A DNA stretch of 64,000 nt, from IMG/VR virus record IMGVR_UViG_3300042374_000500, positions 2,306 through 66,305 of that record; one strand, written 5' to 3'. The notes beneath the pieces were generated by a model that worked only from the letters and a program-made list of their open reading frames with translations, searched no databases and was not told the origin of the DNA. Below, piece after piece: positions 18,217 to 27,511 of the stretch. The translations under genes and the position numbers were made by a program. This stretch comes from a virus. Numbering within the stretch: position 1 is the stretch's first letter; the number at the start of each line of letters is the position of its first letter.

Positions 18217-18987
18217 ATGTCACAAGTTAGAAATTATATAACACTAGATTCGGTAATCAATGATTATATTGATGAAAGTGAGCAATCCGTACACAAATAC
18301 GCTAAATTATACAACATAGCTGTAAGAGGTATGGAGAAATTAGGGCTTGACTTTTTTTACAAAATAAAAACAGTTAAAGTTGCTATTGATACAACAAATT
18401 ATACGGCTCAATTGCCTAATGACTATATTAGTTATACTAAAATAGGTGTATTAAATTCAGTAGGAGAAATTATTCCATTGAAGTTTAATAACAAAATGAC
18501 ATATTATGGAGATCAACAGCCAAATAGGTTAGCCTTGACTCAAGATGATACCCTAGCTGCATGGTACCAACAAGATATACCATTATGGTTTAATTATTGG
18601 GATGGTTATGGATTCCAAAATATTTATGGGCTACCTAGTGGCTCTCCATTTGTAGGTCAATTTAATATTGATGATTCAAATGGTGTGGTTCTTTTAAATC
18701 AATATTTTTATTATTCTTATTTGATGATAGAGTATTTATCTAGCGGTAATCCAGAGGAAACATATTCTATACCAATTCAATTTAGAGAAGCGTTGCTTTC
18801 ATGGTTGGCTTGGAGAGATATAGCTAGTATGCCAAGCACAAGAAAAGGTAACTTAGGAGATAAAAGAGATAGAAAGCAAGAATTTTATAATCAAAGAAGA
18901 ATTGCTAATGCTCAATATAAGCCATTATACTTAATGCAAGCTTACGAACAAAATTTAGATACTCAAAGAATGACTGTTAAGGCATAA
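18217..18987 (+). CDS. tail ring/tubular protein
   Basis: LPNDYISYTKI and IEYLSSG motifs of crAss-related ring proteins. Confidence 0.65.
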   Translation: MSQVRNYITLDSVINDYIDESEQSVHKYAKLYNIAVRGMEKLGLDFFYKIKTVKVAIDTTNYTAQLPNDYISYTKIGVLNSVGEIIPLKFNNKMTYYGDQQPNRLALTQDDTLAAWYQQDIPLWFNYWDGYGFQNIYGLPSGSPFVGQFNIDDSNGVVLLNQYFYYSYLMIEYLSSGNPEETYSIPIQFREALLSWLAWRDIASMPSTRKGNLGDKRDRKQEFYNQRRIANAQYKPLYLMQAYEQNLDTQRMTVKA

Positions 18988-18991
18988 AAAA

Positions 18992-21900
18992 ATGATAATA
19001 AATACTCCTTTTAGCGGAAAATTAAACTTAGATGATGCTGAATATAGAATTAGTAATAATGACTATATTGATGCATTAAATGTAACAAAAGATGCGCAAG
19101 GTACTGCTGTAGATAAAGTAGTATCTAATATACAAGGAAATACCTTAATACCATATACGGCACCTGCGGGTGTAAATAAGGTTATTGGATTTTATTCTGA
19201 TAAAGTTAGAAATAGAGCTTATTATTTTTTATGGAATAGTAATGGTTTTAATACAATATTATATTATGACTTAAATGAAAATAAAGTAGTTCCTGTTTTA
19301 ATAAGTAAAACACAAAGCAATGGCATTGATATTTTAAATTTTAACCCGTCTTATAAAGTATTATCAATAAATATATTTTATAGAGATATAGAAGGTGATA
19401 TTTTATTTTTTAATGACGCATATAATCCGCCAAAAAGTTTAAATGTAATTAACTTATACGGTAATAATTGGAAGTTAGAATATTTGTTAGTTGCGAAAGC
19501 TCCTCCAGTAATGCCTCCAAAAGTAGTTTATGAAAATGATACTACTATAACTATAAATAATTTAAGAAACAAATTATTTCAGTTTTCATATAGATATGTT
19601 TATGATAACAATGAAAAGTCTGTATGGAGTTCAAAAAGTATAGTTCCATTACCTCAACAGCCATCTTTAACACTTACAGATGATACTGCTACAAATAACG
19701 CAAGAATAGCTGTATTGTTTTCAACCGGTGGTCCAGATGTAAAAGCTATTGAGCTTTGTTTTAGAGAAACGACAAACGGATTAACTAGCGATTGGTTTTT
19801 GATAGAATCTTTTGATAAATCAAATCTTAATATATTAGATAATGATATTTTTGTTACAAAGTTTTTTAATGATTCTATATACACTCAATTAGATGTTATA
19901 GAAACGTTGCAATTGCAAGACTGGGTTCCTCAAAGGGCAAACGCAAGTGAATTAGCTAATGGAAATGTTTTATTGTACGCTGGAATTGTTGAAGGTTATG
20001 ATAAAACATCAATGGACTTATCTGTTGATCAATTTACTTCTGACCTTAATAGTTTTTTTTATGACCAAGCTGGGATATTATTGCTTGCTACAGTAAATGG
20101 TACAGATAGCGGAACTGGGACAAGAATGAATATATATCTTTATGGTACTGGAACTAACGGAGCGAATGGGGAAGTTGTAACATTAAATAATGCAGCTGGA
20201 TCTTATTTTATCAATTCATTTGCATCAAATGGCACTAATATAAATGCAGATTATTCAACATTTTCAAGTTCTTCTTTAGTTAGTACAATTTTAGCAGGAA
20301 TTTCGGCTGCAATGGTAGTAAAAGGCTTTACTCAAGTATCATTAGTAGGCAATAAATTAGTTATGAATTATGCAAATGGATTTGTTTTGACTTCAGTAGG
20401 GTTTAAAACAATCCCTTTATATGATTCGGATAATACTAGATTTGCTAATGTGTGGGATTCTGGTTATCAATATGCTATTCAATATTTTGATGCACAAGGA
20501 AGAACTATTGGCGCACAAACATCTATTGGCGGTACAATTAATACTATCTCAAGAGTATCAACAGCAGATTTCCCGGAAATAAGATTAAATATTCTTAATA
20601 GACCACCATTATATGCTACATATTATCAAGTATTAAGATCAAATAATACAACTTATAATAAAAGATTATGCTGGATAAGTGAATCTGCTTTTTCTGGTAT
20701 AACTAATAATGTAGATAATTCAAGATTTATTTATATTGGGATTGGTAATATAGCTGCATATAATGAAGCCATAAGTTCAACACAAAATATTGTTTCTTAT
20801 AATTTTACGGCAGGTGATAGAATTAGATTTATACAAAGGTATGATGCAGAAAATATACTTAGGACAATTCCAAAACAATACGATTATGAGATAGTTGGTA
20901 CGGTATCTACATTTGAATATAATATTGATTGGCCTGCTCCATTAGCTATAGATAATAATACATATACGGCTAACGGTAATTTTTTAAAAATAAGATATCC
21001 TATTAATGATTTAAATATTAATTTTCGTTTCCCTGGTACGGCTGATTTCCAGCATTATGAAATACTGTTATACAACTATACGACCAATGCAAATGAAAGT
21101 CAAAGGTTTTATTATGAATTTGGTAAACAATATGGGATAGGAAATCCGGGTACGGCAAATAGGTATCATTTTGGAATGTCGCAATTACCAAATGGTGGTG
21201 CTGTTGTGCCTGTTACAAATGGGGATTTGTTTTATAGACTTAGAACAGTACCATACACTGATAGTTTTAATTTTTCATCTAGTGTATTTGATATTGGAAC
21301 TACAGGATCTTTTTCATCAAGAAGTGAAGCGTTCCCTATTGATGTATCAAGAGCAATAGAAAATGCTTCATATAGAATACAATCTCAACCAAATTCAATT
21401 ATTAATTTAACAGGAACTGGATACCCTGTTGGTACAAGTTTAGGTTATTTTTTCCTTAATAAATCAAATCTTGTTGATAAGGTGGTGTCAATTAGTGGTT
21501 CTTTTAAAATGTCATCTGATGGTTCTTCTACTTTTTCGGTATATGCTCTTATTTGTACTACAATAGGCAATTTAAAATATACAGTTTCTTTATTACCAAT
21601 AGAAATTAATAATATAACTCAAAATACGCCTACTACATTTACAATTAATAAAAGATTTGTTGTTCCTGCAACAGGAAAAGTATGGATAGTAGCTAAATCT
21701 ACAAATGATAATATTGGTTCTAATAATATAATTGTTCAAACATTGAGTTTTGATTTTCAAGTTATAAAAGAAAAAACAATTGGGATTATTGAGCAAAGCT
21801 TTAATGATACATATAATTTAGTTACGAATAGCAACGGCAGACCATCTGTTATTGATGAAAATGCAAGACAAACTTACTTTCCAACTGTAATAAGATTTGG

Positions 21901-22702
21901 ACAAGCATATCAGCAAAATACCAACTTGAATGCTACTAATAGATTTTTTTATGATGATTTTGATGAATATGATAGAACATTTGGTGATGTATTAAGATTG
22001 CATGTTAGAGATAGATATTTAAAAGTGTATCAACAATTTAAAGTAGGTACTGTGCCTATTTTGACTCAAATCGTAAAAGATGTTACAGGAAATCCTTTAC
22101 AAGCCAATAGCAATCAATTAATTAATAAAATACAGTATTACGCAGGTGATTATGGTATTGGTGATGCCGCAACTAGTCTTGCATGGAATAACTTTGCAGA
22201 TTATTTTGTAGATAATTATAGAGGAGTGGTTTGTAGGTTAAGTCAAAATGGGATTGAGCCACTTAGTATTCTTTATAAAACTAATGCTTTCTTTGTTGCC
22301 AAAACAGCAGCTTATAGAAGAGATTTAAATAATGGAATTAATGATGCTGGCGTTTATACTGGCGATCCTTGTATTTATGGTGTATTTGATGCAAATACTA
22401 ATAAATATATTATTGCTTTGGAGGAGATTAATAGATATTCTAATTGTACTTTTAACGGTGGTACTGCAAGAGCTTTTGTGCCTGTGCCTTCTACTACAAC
22501 TACGACCGCAGGGCCAACTACTACTACGACCGCAGGGCCAACTACAACTACGACCGCAGGGCCAACTACAACAACCACTACAAGGACTCCTACAACAACA
22601 ACAACTCTTCCTCCTCTTTGTACATTGGTTCCGGGATCATTTTTAAGAGCGCCTGATTGTGTATTAGTAGCAGGAGAATTTATATACGTTTCAAATCCTT
22701 AA
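18992..22702 (+). CDS. tail muzzle/stabilisation protein (P22 gp10-like), N-terminal part, with a mucin-like C-terminal extension
   Basis: LNLDD...YIDALN, FSYRYVYDNNEKS, YFVDNYRGVVCRLSQNG, GVFD; ends in (TTTTTAGP)n. Confidence 0.8.
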   Translation: MIINTPFSGKLNLDDAEYRISNNDYIDALNVTKDAQGTAVDKVVSNIQGNTLIPYTAPAGVNKVIGFYSDKVRNRAYYFLWNSNGFNTILYYDLNENKVVPVLISKTQSNGIDILNFNPSYKVLSINIFYRDIEGDILFFNDAYNPPKSLNVINLYGNNWKLEYLLVAKAPPVMPPKVVYENDTTITINNLRNKLFQFSYRYVYDNNEKSVWSSKSIVPLPQQPSLTLTDDTATNNARIAVLFSTGGPDVKAIELCFRETTNGLTSDWFLIESFDKSNLNILDNDIFVTKFFNDSIYTQLDVIETLQLQDWVPQRANASELANGNVLLYAGIVEGYDKTSMDLSVDQFTSDLNSFFYDQAGILLLATVNGTDSGTGTRMNIYLYGTGTNGANGEVVTLNNAAGSYFINSFASNGTNINADYSTFSSSSLVSTILAGISAAMVVKGFTQVSLVGNKLVMNYANGFVLTSVGFKTIPLYDSDNTRFANVWDSGYQYAIQYFDAQGRTIGAQTSIGGTINTISRVSTADFPEIRLNILNRPPLYATYYQVLRSNNTTYNKRLCWISESAFSGITNNVDNSRFIYIGIGNIAAYNEAISSTQNIVSYNFTAGDRIRFIQRYDAENILRTIPKQYDYEIVGTVSTFEYNIDWPAPLAIDNNTYTANGNFLKIRYPINDLNINFRFPGTADFQHYEILLYNYTTNANESQRFYYEFGKQYGIGNPGTANRYHFGMSQLPNGGAVVPVTNGDLFYRLRTVPYTDSFNFSSSVFDIGTTGSFSSRSEAFPIDVSRAIENASYRIQSQPNSIINLTGTGYPVGTSLGYFFLNKSNLVDKVVSISGSFKMSSDGSSTFSVYALICTTIGNLKYTVSLLPIEINNITQNTPTTFTINKRFVVPATGKVWIVAKSTNDNIGSNNIIVQTLSFDFQVIKEKTIGIIEQSFNDTYNLVTNSNGRPSVIDENARQTYFPTVIRFGQAYQQNTNLNATNRFFYDDFDEYDRTFGDVLRLHVRDRYLKVYQQFKVGTVPILTQIVKDVTGNPLQANSNQLINKIQYYAGDYGIGDAATSLAWNNFADYFVDNYRGVVCRLSQNGIEPLSILYKTNAFFVAKTAAYRRDLNNGINDAGVYTGDPCIYGVFDANTNKYIIALEEINRYSNCTFNGGTARAFVPVPSTTTTTAGPTTTTTAGPTTTTTAGPTTTTTTRTPTTTTTLPPLCTLVPGSFLRAPDCVLVAGEFIYVSNP
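22493..22564 (+). repeat. 3 x 24-bp tandem repeat encoding TTTTTAGP
   Basis: ACTAC(A/T)ACTACGACCGCAGGGCCA three times. Confidence 0.85.
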
Positions 22703-22712
22703 AATAAAAAAT

Positions 22713-23144
22713 ATGCCATTTTCAGCAACAATTAGCTTAACTTCAGCAGCAACGAATACCGGCCCATTCAATTTATATTCAAATGTAGACAATTATGTTA
22801 TACCATTTGAAACAGCCGTTAGTAAAGCAAGTTTACTTTCAGGTACATATTTATCAACTAACGTTCCTAATTTAACAGTAATTTGTAGAGTTGCATCTAC
22901 AGGTACTTGTACTAATTATGTAGATATGCCTATTGATGATCCTTATGTTTATGTATATGAAAAATGTGGTACTTCGTTATATTATTATAAACCGGGGGTA
23001 TCAGGACTAAAAGCACAAGATGATAATTCTCCTACACCTAATTGTTATGCAAAAATAAATGAAGGCTTGTTAAGTGCTATGGATGCATTATATGCTCTTA
23101 CACTTAATAATACTTTAGTATCATCAAATTGTGAATGTGTTTAA
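22713..23144 (+). CDS. Cys-rich putative virion appendage protein
   Basis: TGPFNLYSN...LLSG...STGTCTN domain. Confidence 0.6.
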   Translation: MPFSATISLTSAATNTGPFNLYSNVDNYVIPFETAVSKASLLSGTYLSTNVPNLTVICRVASTGTCTNYVDMPIDDPYVYVYEKCGTSLYYYKPGVSGLKAQDDNSPTPNCYAKINEGLLSAMDALYALTLNNTLVSSNCECV

Positions 23145-23153
23145 AAATAAATT

Positions 23154-24383
23154 ATGTATATATTAGTTACATTAAATCCTGATCAAGGTACAGATTTAGG
23201 CCCAAATTTTACATTAACTGCTAATGTTGGAACATTGGTGCCTGCAACAGCTACACTGACTGAATTATTAGCTGGAGTATCAGTTATTGCCGATAATGCT
23301 GTTACTCAAGTTATTATAACTTCACAAGGGATATGTACTAATTCATTAACACTTAGTGTATTACCAGTTACAACTACTAGTACTACAACAACTACAACTA
23401 CCTTAGCACCTACAACTACAACAACAACATTTAGTCCTGAGCCTTGTAATTGTGTTGAGGTTAATATTACATCAGTAGGTGGAGTGGTAGCGACATTAAA
23501 TTGTTTTGGTGTAAATCAAAACTATGCTTATTCAACAGCAGGCATTAGGTATATTTGCGCATCAGTAGTTGGCGGTCTATTGCAAGCTGATATCATATCA
23601 GGTACAGGAACTTTAACTCCTGTTGGCAATTGTAAAACAGGTCCTTGTCCTCCTTTGCCTCCTACTACAACAACTACAAGGGCTTCTACTACTACAACTA
23701 CATCCGGTCCAACTACTACTACAACTGCTGGGCCAACTACTACTACAACTACAGCAGCTGCGACTACTACAACAACACTACAACCATCTCTTTATAGATA
23801 CAGTTCGGCAAGTTCAACAGATGCTTGCAACAGTGGTTTAACAATGACAAATGTCGTGCTAACTAATCCACCATTCTGTTCTGCAACTACAATTCAATGT
23901 GATGAGTTTGTATTAGAGATAGCTGGTTTACCAGTTTATATTCGTAGTGGGAATAGTTATAGAACTGCAACAATTAATGATCCTAATACATCAGGTATTG
24001 CTACATTTGACGCAGGAACATGTATTGTATGTACAACAACAACTACTACTACCTCTACAACAACTACTACCACTACAGCAGCACCAGTTGTAAGAACTGT
24101 AACTGGTGTTGGTGCAGGTTCTTCTGATATTTTAGGAGAAATTTATATAACTGCATCAGTATCTCTTAGTGGTAATGTAAGTGCAGATACTGTAATAGAA
24201 GTACGTGTATCTACTGTTCCATATAATAATGTCGTTGTGCCTGTTACAATACTTAACGGTAGTTCTTCAGGTAGTGGGGAAACCTATGTTGGGCAGGGAA
24301 GTCTACCATCATCTATATCGGGTGAATGTGTTTTATCTTCTGATAATATATATGTAACTTTCACTGGTTATCAATGTGTTTAA
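23154..24383 (+). CDS. mucin-like Thr-rich multi-domain putative virion protein
   Basis: N-domain paralogous to 22713..23144; three poly-Thr linkers separate Cys-containing modules. Confidence 0.65.
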   Translation: MYILVTLNPDQGTDLGPNFTLTANVGTLVPATATLTELLAGVSVIADNAVTQVIITSQGICTNSLTLSVLPVTTTSTTTTTTTLAPTTTTTTFSPEPCNCVEVNITSVGGVVATLNCFGVNQNYAYSTAGIRYICASVVGGLLQADIISGTGTLTPVGNCKTGPCPPLPPTTTTTRASTTTTTSGPTTTTTAGPTTTTTTAAATTTTTLQPSLYRYSSASSTDACNSGLTMTNVVLTNPPFCSATTIQCDEFVLEIAGLPVYIRSGNSYRTATINDPNTSGIATFDAGTCIVCTTTTTTTSTTTTTTTAAPVVRTVTGVGAGSSDILGEIYITASVSLSGNVSADTVIEVRVSTVPYNNVVVPVTILNGSSSGSGETYVGQGSLPSSISGECVLSSDNIYVTFTGYQCV

Positions 24384-24401
24384 TATATAAAATAAAATAA
24401 A

Positions 24402-24950
24402 ATGCCATTAATATTTCGCCAAGACCCTTATACGATATCATTTGATGAAAATGCTAATGCATTTGAGGCTTTTTATTCGTATTTCCCTGAATTTATGGGT
24501 GTAGTTAATGTTACCATGTTTACTTTTAAAAATGGTCAAATTTGGAAACATGGGACAACCCCTTTCTGTAATTTCTATGGGGTTCAATATAATGCATCAA
24601 TAACCAACGTATTTAATTCAAATTCATTGGATAAAAAGACATGGATTTCAGTAATGGAAACAGGTAATACTACATGGGCTTGTCCAGTTATATATACCCA
24701 AATGGAAACAGGTGGAAGTACAAGTATAAAGCAGTCAAGTCAGCTTTTAGAGTCTGATTTTGTGACTTTAGAGTCTGAGTATCAAGCATCATTTTTGAGG
24801 GATTCTAACAGTCCGGGAGGGCTAATAGAGGGGGATAGTTTAAAGGGTAATTATATGGTTATAAAATTTGAGAAAGCAAGTGCAAATTCTTTCGTATATT
24901 TGAACAGCGCAACGACTAAGTATATTAATTCACCATTGAATAATAGATAA
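24402..24950 (+). CDS. tail muzzle/stabilisation protein, C-terminal part
   Basis: TISFDE...FYSYFPE...FTFKNGQIWKH...FYGVQY...LKGNYM is the usual muzzle C-terminus. Confidence 0.7.
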   Translation: MPLIFRQDPYTISFDENANAFEAFYSYFPEFMGVVNVTMFTFKNGQIWKHGTTPFCNFYGVQYNASITNVFNSNSLDKKTWISVMETGNTTWACPVIYTQMETGGSTSIKQSSQLLESDFVTLESEYQASFLRDSNSPGGLIEGDSLKGNYMVIKFEKASANSFVYLNSATTKYINSPLNNR

Positions 24951-25474
24951 TGATTATTAGGGAAAATGATGAGATTGTAGATAATATTGAAGCTGCAATG
25001 ATGCAATTCCCTGATGAATTAATAGATGGTCCGTTAGTTCATAAATTTACAGAAGGAATGTATATAAGAGAAATCTTTATGCCTGCTGGATCTTTATGGA
25101 CAAGTAAGATACATAAAACAGAACATCCATATGTTGTTTCTCATGGAAAAGCTGCTGTATCTATTGATGCGCAAGAATGGTATGAAATAACAGCTCCTTA
25201 TACTGGTATCACAAAACCGGGAACAAGAAGAGTTTTATATATATTGGAAGATTGTATTTGGACTACATTTCACAGAATAGATGGAATGAAATCTGAATAC
25301 AATGATTTAAGTGAAGAGGAAATAGAGAAGATAGTTGAATCAATTGAAGATAAAATATTAGAGCCTTATATTAATCAGATTACTGGTTCAGATGTAGGCA
25401 AAGAATATAAAGAAATTTTAAAAAATAAAAATCAGGAATTATGGCTTTCGCAATCGCAGGATCAACAGCTTTAG
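24950..25474 (+). CDS. cupin-like (RmlC fold) protein
   Basis: H-x-F-x-x-G-x-Y-x-REIFMPAG...KIHKTEH...TKPGTRR...W-x-T-x-H. Confidence 0.65.
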   Translation: MIIRENDEIVDNIEAAMMQFPDELIDGPLVHKFTEGMYIREIFMPAGSLWTSKIHKTEHPYVVSHGKAAVSIDAQEWYEITAPYTGITKPGTRRVLYILEDCIWTTFHRIDGMKSEYNDLSEEEIEKIVESIEDKILEPYINQITGSDVGKEYKEILKNKNQELWLSQSQDQQL

Positions 25475-26145
25475 CAATAGGTGCTGTAACAGCCGGTGCT
25501 GGGGCATTGGTAGGGGGCATATCAGCTATTGGGGCTAATAAAAGAAGAAAAGCTCGTGAAAAAGAATTAGATGAATATGCTCAACAAAGCCCTTTGTATA
25601 CTGGCAGTAAGCCAATTAGTGAATACTACCAACAAGCATTAAATAGGGCTAATGAAAATGTTTATCAATCTCAACAATATCAAATGGGAGCTATGCAAGC
25701 TAGAAGAGCAACAGCTCAAGGTCTAGGGGCATTGCAAGATAGAAGATCAGCGATAGGTGGTATTAGTAGATTACAAGCGGGGCAAAATTATGCTATGCAA
25801 AATTTAGCCGCACAAGCAGAAGCTCAAAGAAATGCTAGATTTGGACAATTAGGATCAGCTACTCAAATGAAAAACGCAGATTTAATGCAGCAATTTGATA
25901 TTAACAAAATGACTCCTTATAATCGTCAGTTAGGATTAAAGCAAATGAAAGCTCAAGCTGCTAATCAAGAATATGCACAAAATGTTCAAAATACATTTAG
26001 TTCTTTAGGTAATTTAGCTTCTGTGGGCATGATGGCAGGTAATCCTAGCCCAGCACCAGCAGCAGGTATTCCTTTAACAAATCAAGCTGGATTTGATTCA
26101 TTTATGGCGAGTAGAGGCCCAGCACCTAGACCAAAATTACCTTAG
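25441..26145 (+). CDS. internal virion/ejection protein
   Basis: Ala/Gly-rich hydrophobic N-terminus and Gln-rich helices; typical position. Confidence 0.65.
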   Translation: MAFAIAGSTALAIGAVTAGAGALVGGISAIGANKRRKAREKELDEYAQQSPLYTGSKPISEYYQQALNRANENVYQSQQYQMGAMQARRATAQGLGALQDRRSAIGGISRLQAGQNYAMQNLAAQAEAQRNARFGQLGSATQMKNADLMQQFDINKMTPYNRQLGLKQMKAQAANQEYAQNVQNTFSSLGNLASVGMMAGNPSPAPAAGIPLTNQAGFDSFMASRGPAPRPKLP

Positions 26146-26174
26146 ACCAAAATTATAATATCAAAATCTAAAAA

Positions 26175-27506
26175 ATGGCAGCTACAGGATTATTAGGGAT
26201 AAACCCATATTTTAAAGGTGTAAATATAGATACATCTAAGCCAGTTAATTTAGCTATTCAGCTTGAGCAAAAAAATCAAGCTAAAAAAGAAGCTTTAGAT
26301 AAGTATTTTATGGATTATGAGAAATCAATTAATCCAGCAGGTATGCGTTCTCAAGATCAAGATATTGTATTAAAAAAGCTGAATGAAAATAAGCAGTTCT
26401 ATATGCAAAATAGAGATCGCATATTGAATCCATCTAAATATGGCGCAGAGGCTCAATCTAAATACATGGCTGGTTTTAAAGATATTTTATCTGATATAGC
26501 TAAATCAAAACAAGCATCCGCTGAAGATAAAGTATTGCAAAATACTTACAGCAGAATAAAAACACAAGGATTAGAAATACCAGATGGCTTTATGGAGGCA
26601 ATACAAGAAAGCCAAAAGCCGATTTATGCAGGTTACAAACCTGTAGATTTATTTCAATTTGATTTTAATGCGCCATTTAGTACAGAAAAATTTCAAAGAG
26701 ATATATTTGCCGGTATTGAGCCGGATAAAAAAAATATAGGTAGTAGAGTAAATAAAGAAGGACAGATAATAAATATATATAAAAATGAATTTGATAACGC
26801 AAGCTTAAAATCATTTCAAAATAGAGCAGCATCTCAATACAGAACAAATCCTAGTGTAACTAAAGAGGTTAATAGATTAATTAAAACAGGTGAATATTTA
26901 GATTTGCAACCTTACTATCAAATGCTTAATCCAAAAATGTCAATAAATAATGCTGATCCAGCTGATGTAGCGGCAGCTTTTGCATTAAGTTTAAAACAAC
27001 TTGGTAAAACTACTGAATCAACACCTGTATTTAAACCAGTTGGTCGTAAACCAGATGATAAAGAAGATGATTTTTCGCCAGAATTAATGGTTGATAATTT
27101 TTATGAAGCTGGAGATCCATTTACAGCTAATGTTAGTGGAAAGCTTATTAAAGGCAAAAAAATACAATTACCTCCAGAAATAGCTTTAAATTATGATAGA
27201 AAAGTTGGTAATAAAAAGTTTTCTCCTAATTATTTTGTTATGACAGATGATAAATTAAATGTTTATCCAATCTTTGTAACGGGCAAAACAGCATCCGGTA
27301 ATGACATTTTATCTGGAGAAGGTGGAACAATTATTGATGAAAAAATACCTGTTAAAACAAGTCTTATACCAACAATAGGTAAAGAATATGGCGGTATTGG
27401 TTATACTAGAAGAAATCTTAACAGAAATCAAATGCCTGCGACACCAACTAAACCTGTAACTAATAAACCAAAAGCCAAATCGGGAATTATTTGGAAAAAT
27501 AAATAA
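26175..27506 (+). CDS. internal virion/ejection protein
   Basis: 443-aa ORF between ejection genes. Confidence 0.55.
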   Translation: MAATGLLGINPYFKGVNIDTSKPVNLAIQLEQKNQAKKEALDKYFMDYEKSINPAGMRSQDQDIVLKKLNENKQFYMQNRDRILNPSKYGAEAQSKYMAGFKDILSDIAKSKQASAEDKVLQNTYSRIKTQGLEIPDGFMEAIQESQKPIYAGYKPVDLFQFDFNAPFSTEKFQRDIFAGIEPDKKNIGSRVNKEGQIINIYKNEFDNASLKSFQNRAASQYRTNPSVTKEVNRLIKTGEYLDLQPYYQMLNPKMSINNADPADVAAAFALSLKQLGKTTESTPVFKPVGRKPDDKEDDFSPELMVDNFYEAGDPFTANVSGKLIKGKKIQLPPEIALNYDRKVGNKKFSPNYFVMTDDKLNVYPIFVTGKTASGNDILSGEGGTIIDEKIPVKTSLIPTIGKEYGGIGYTRRNLNRNQMPATPTKPVTNKPKAKSGIIWKNK

Positions 27507-27511
27507 TAACT

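Noticed and set aside
22493-22564. Short direct repeats as a possible CRISPR array
   Set aside because: Contiguous in-frame coding repeats with no spacers, and no cas genes in the window.
22375-22646. Poly-Val antisense ORF and alternate-frame ORF
   Set aside because: Mirror of the TTTTTAGP repeat.
22438-24405. Group I/II intron or intein explaining the split muzzle gene
   Set aside because: The insert is almost fully protein-coding for structural-type modules, with no homing endonuclease, RT or intein motifs.
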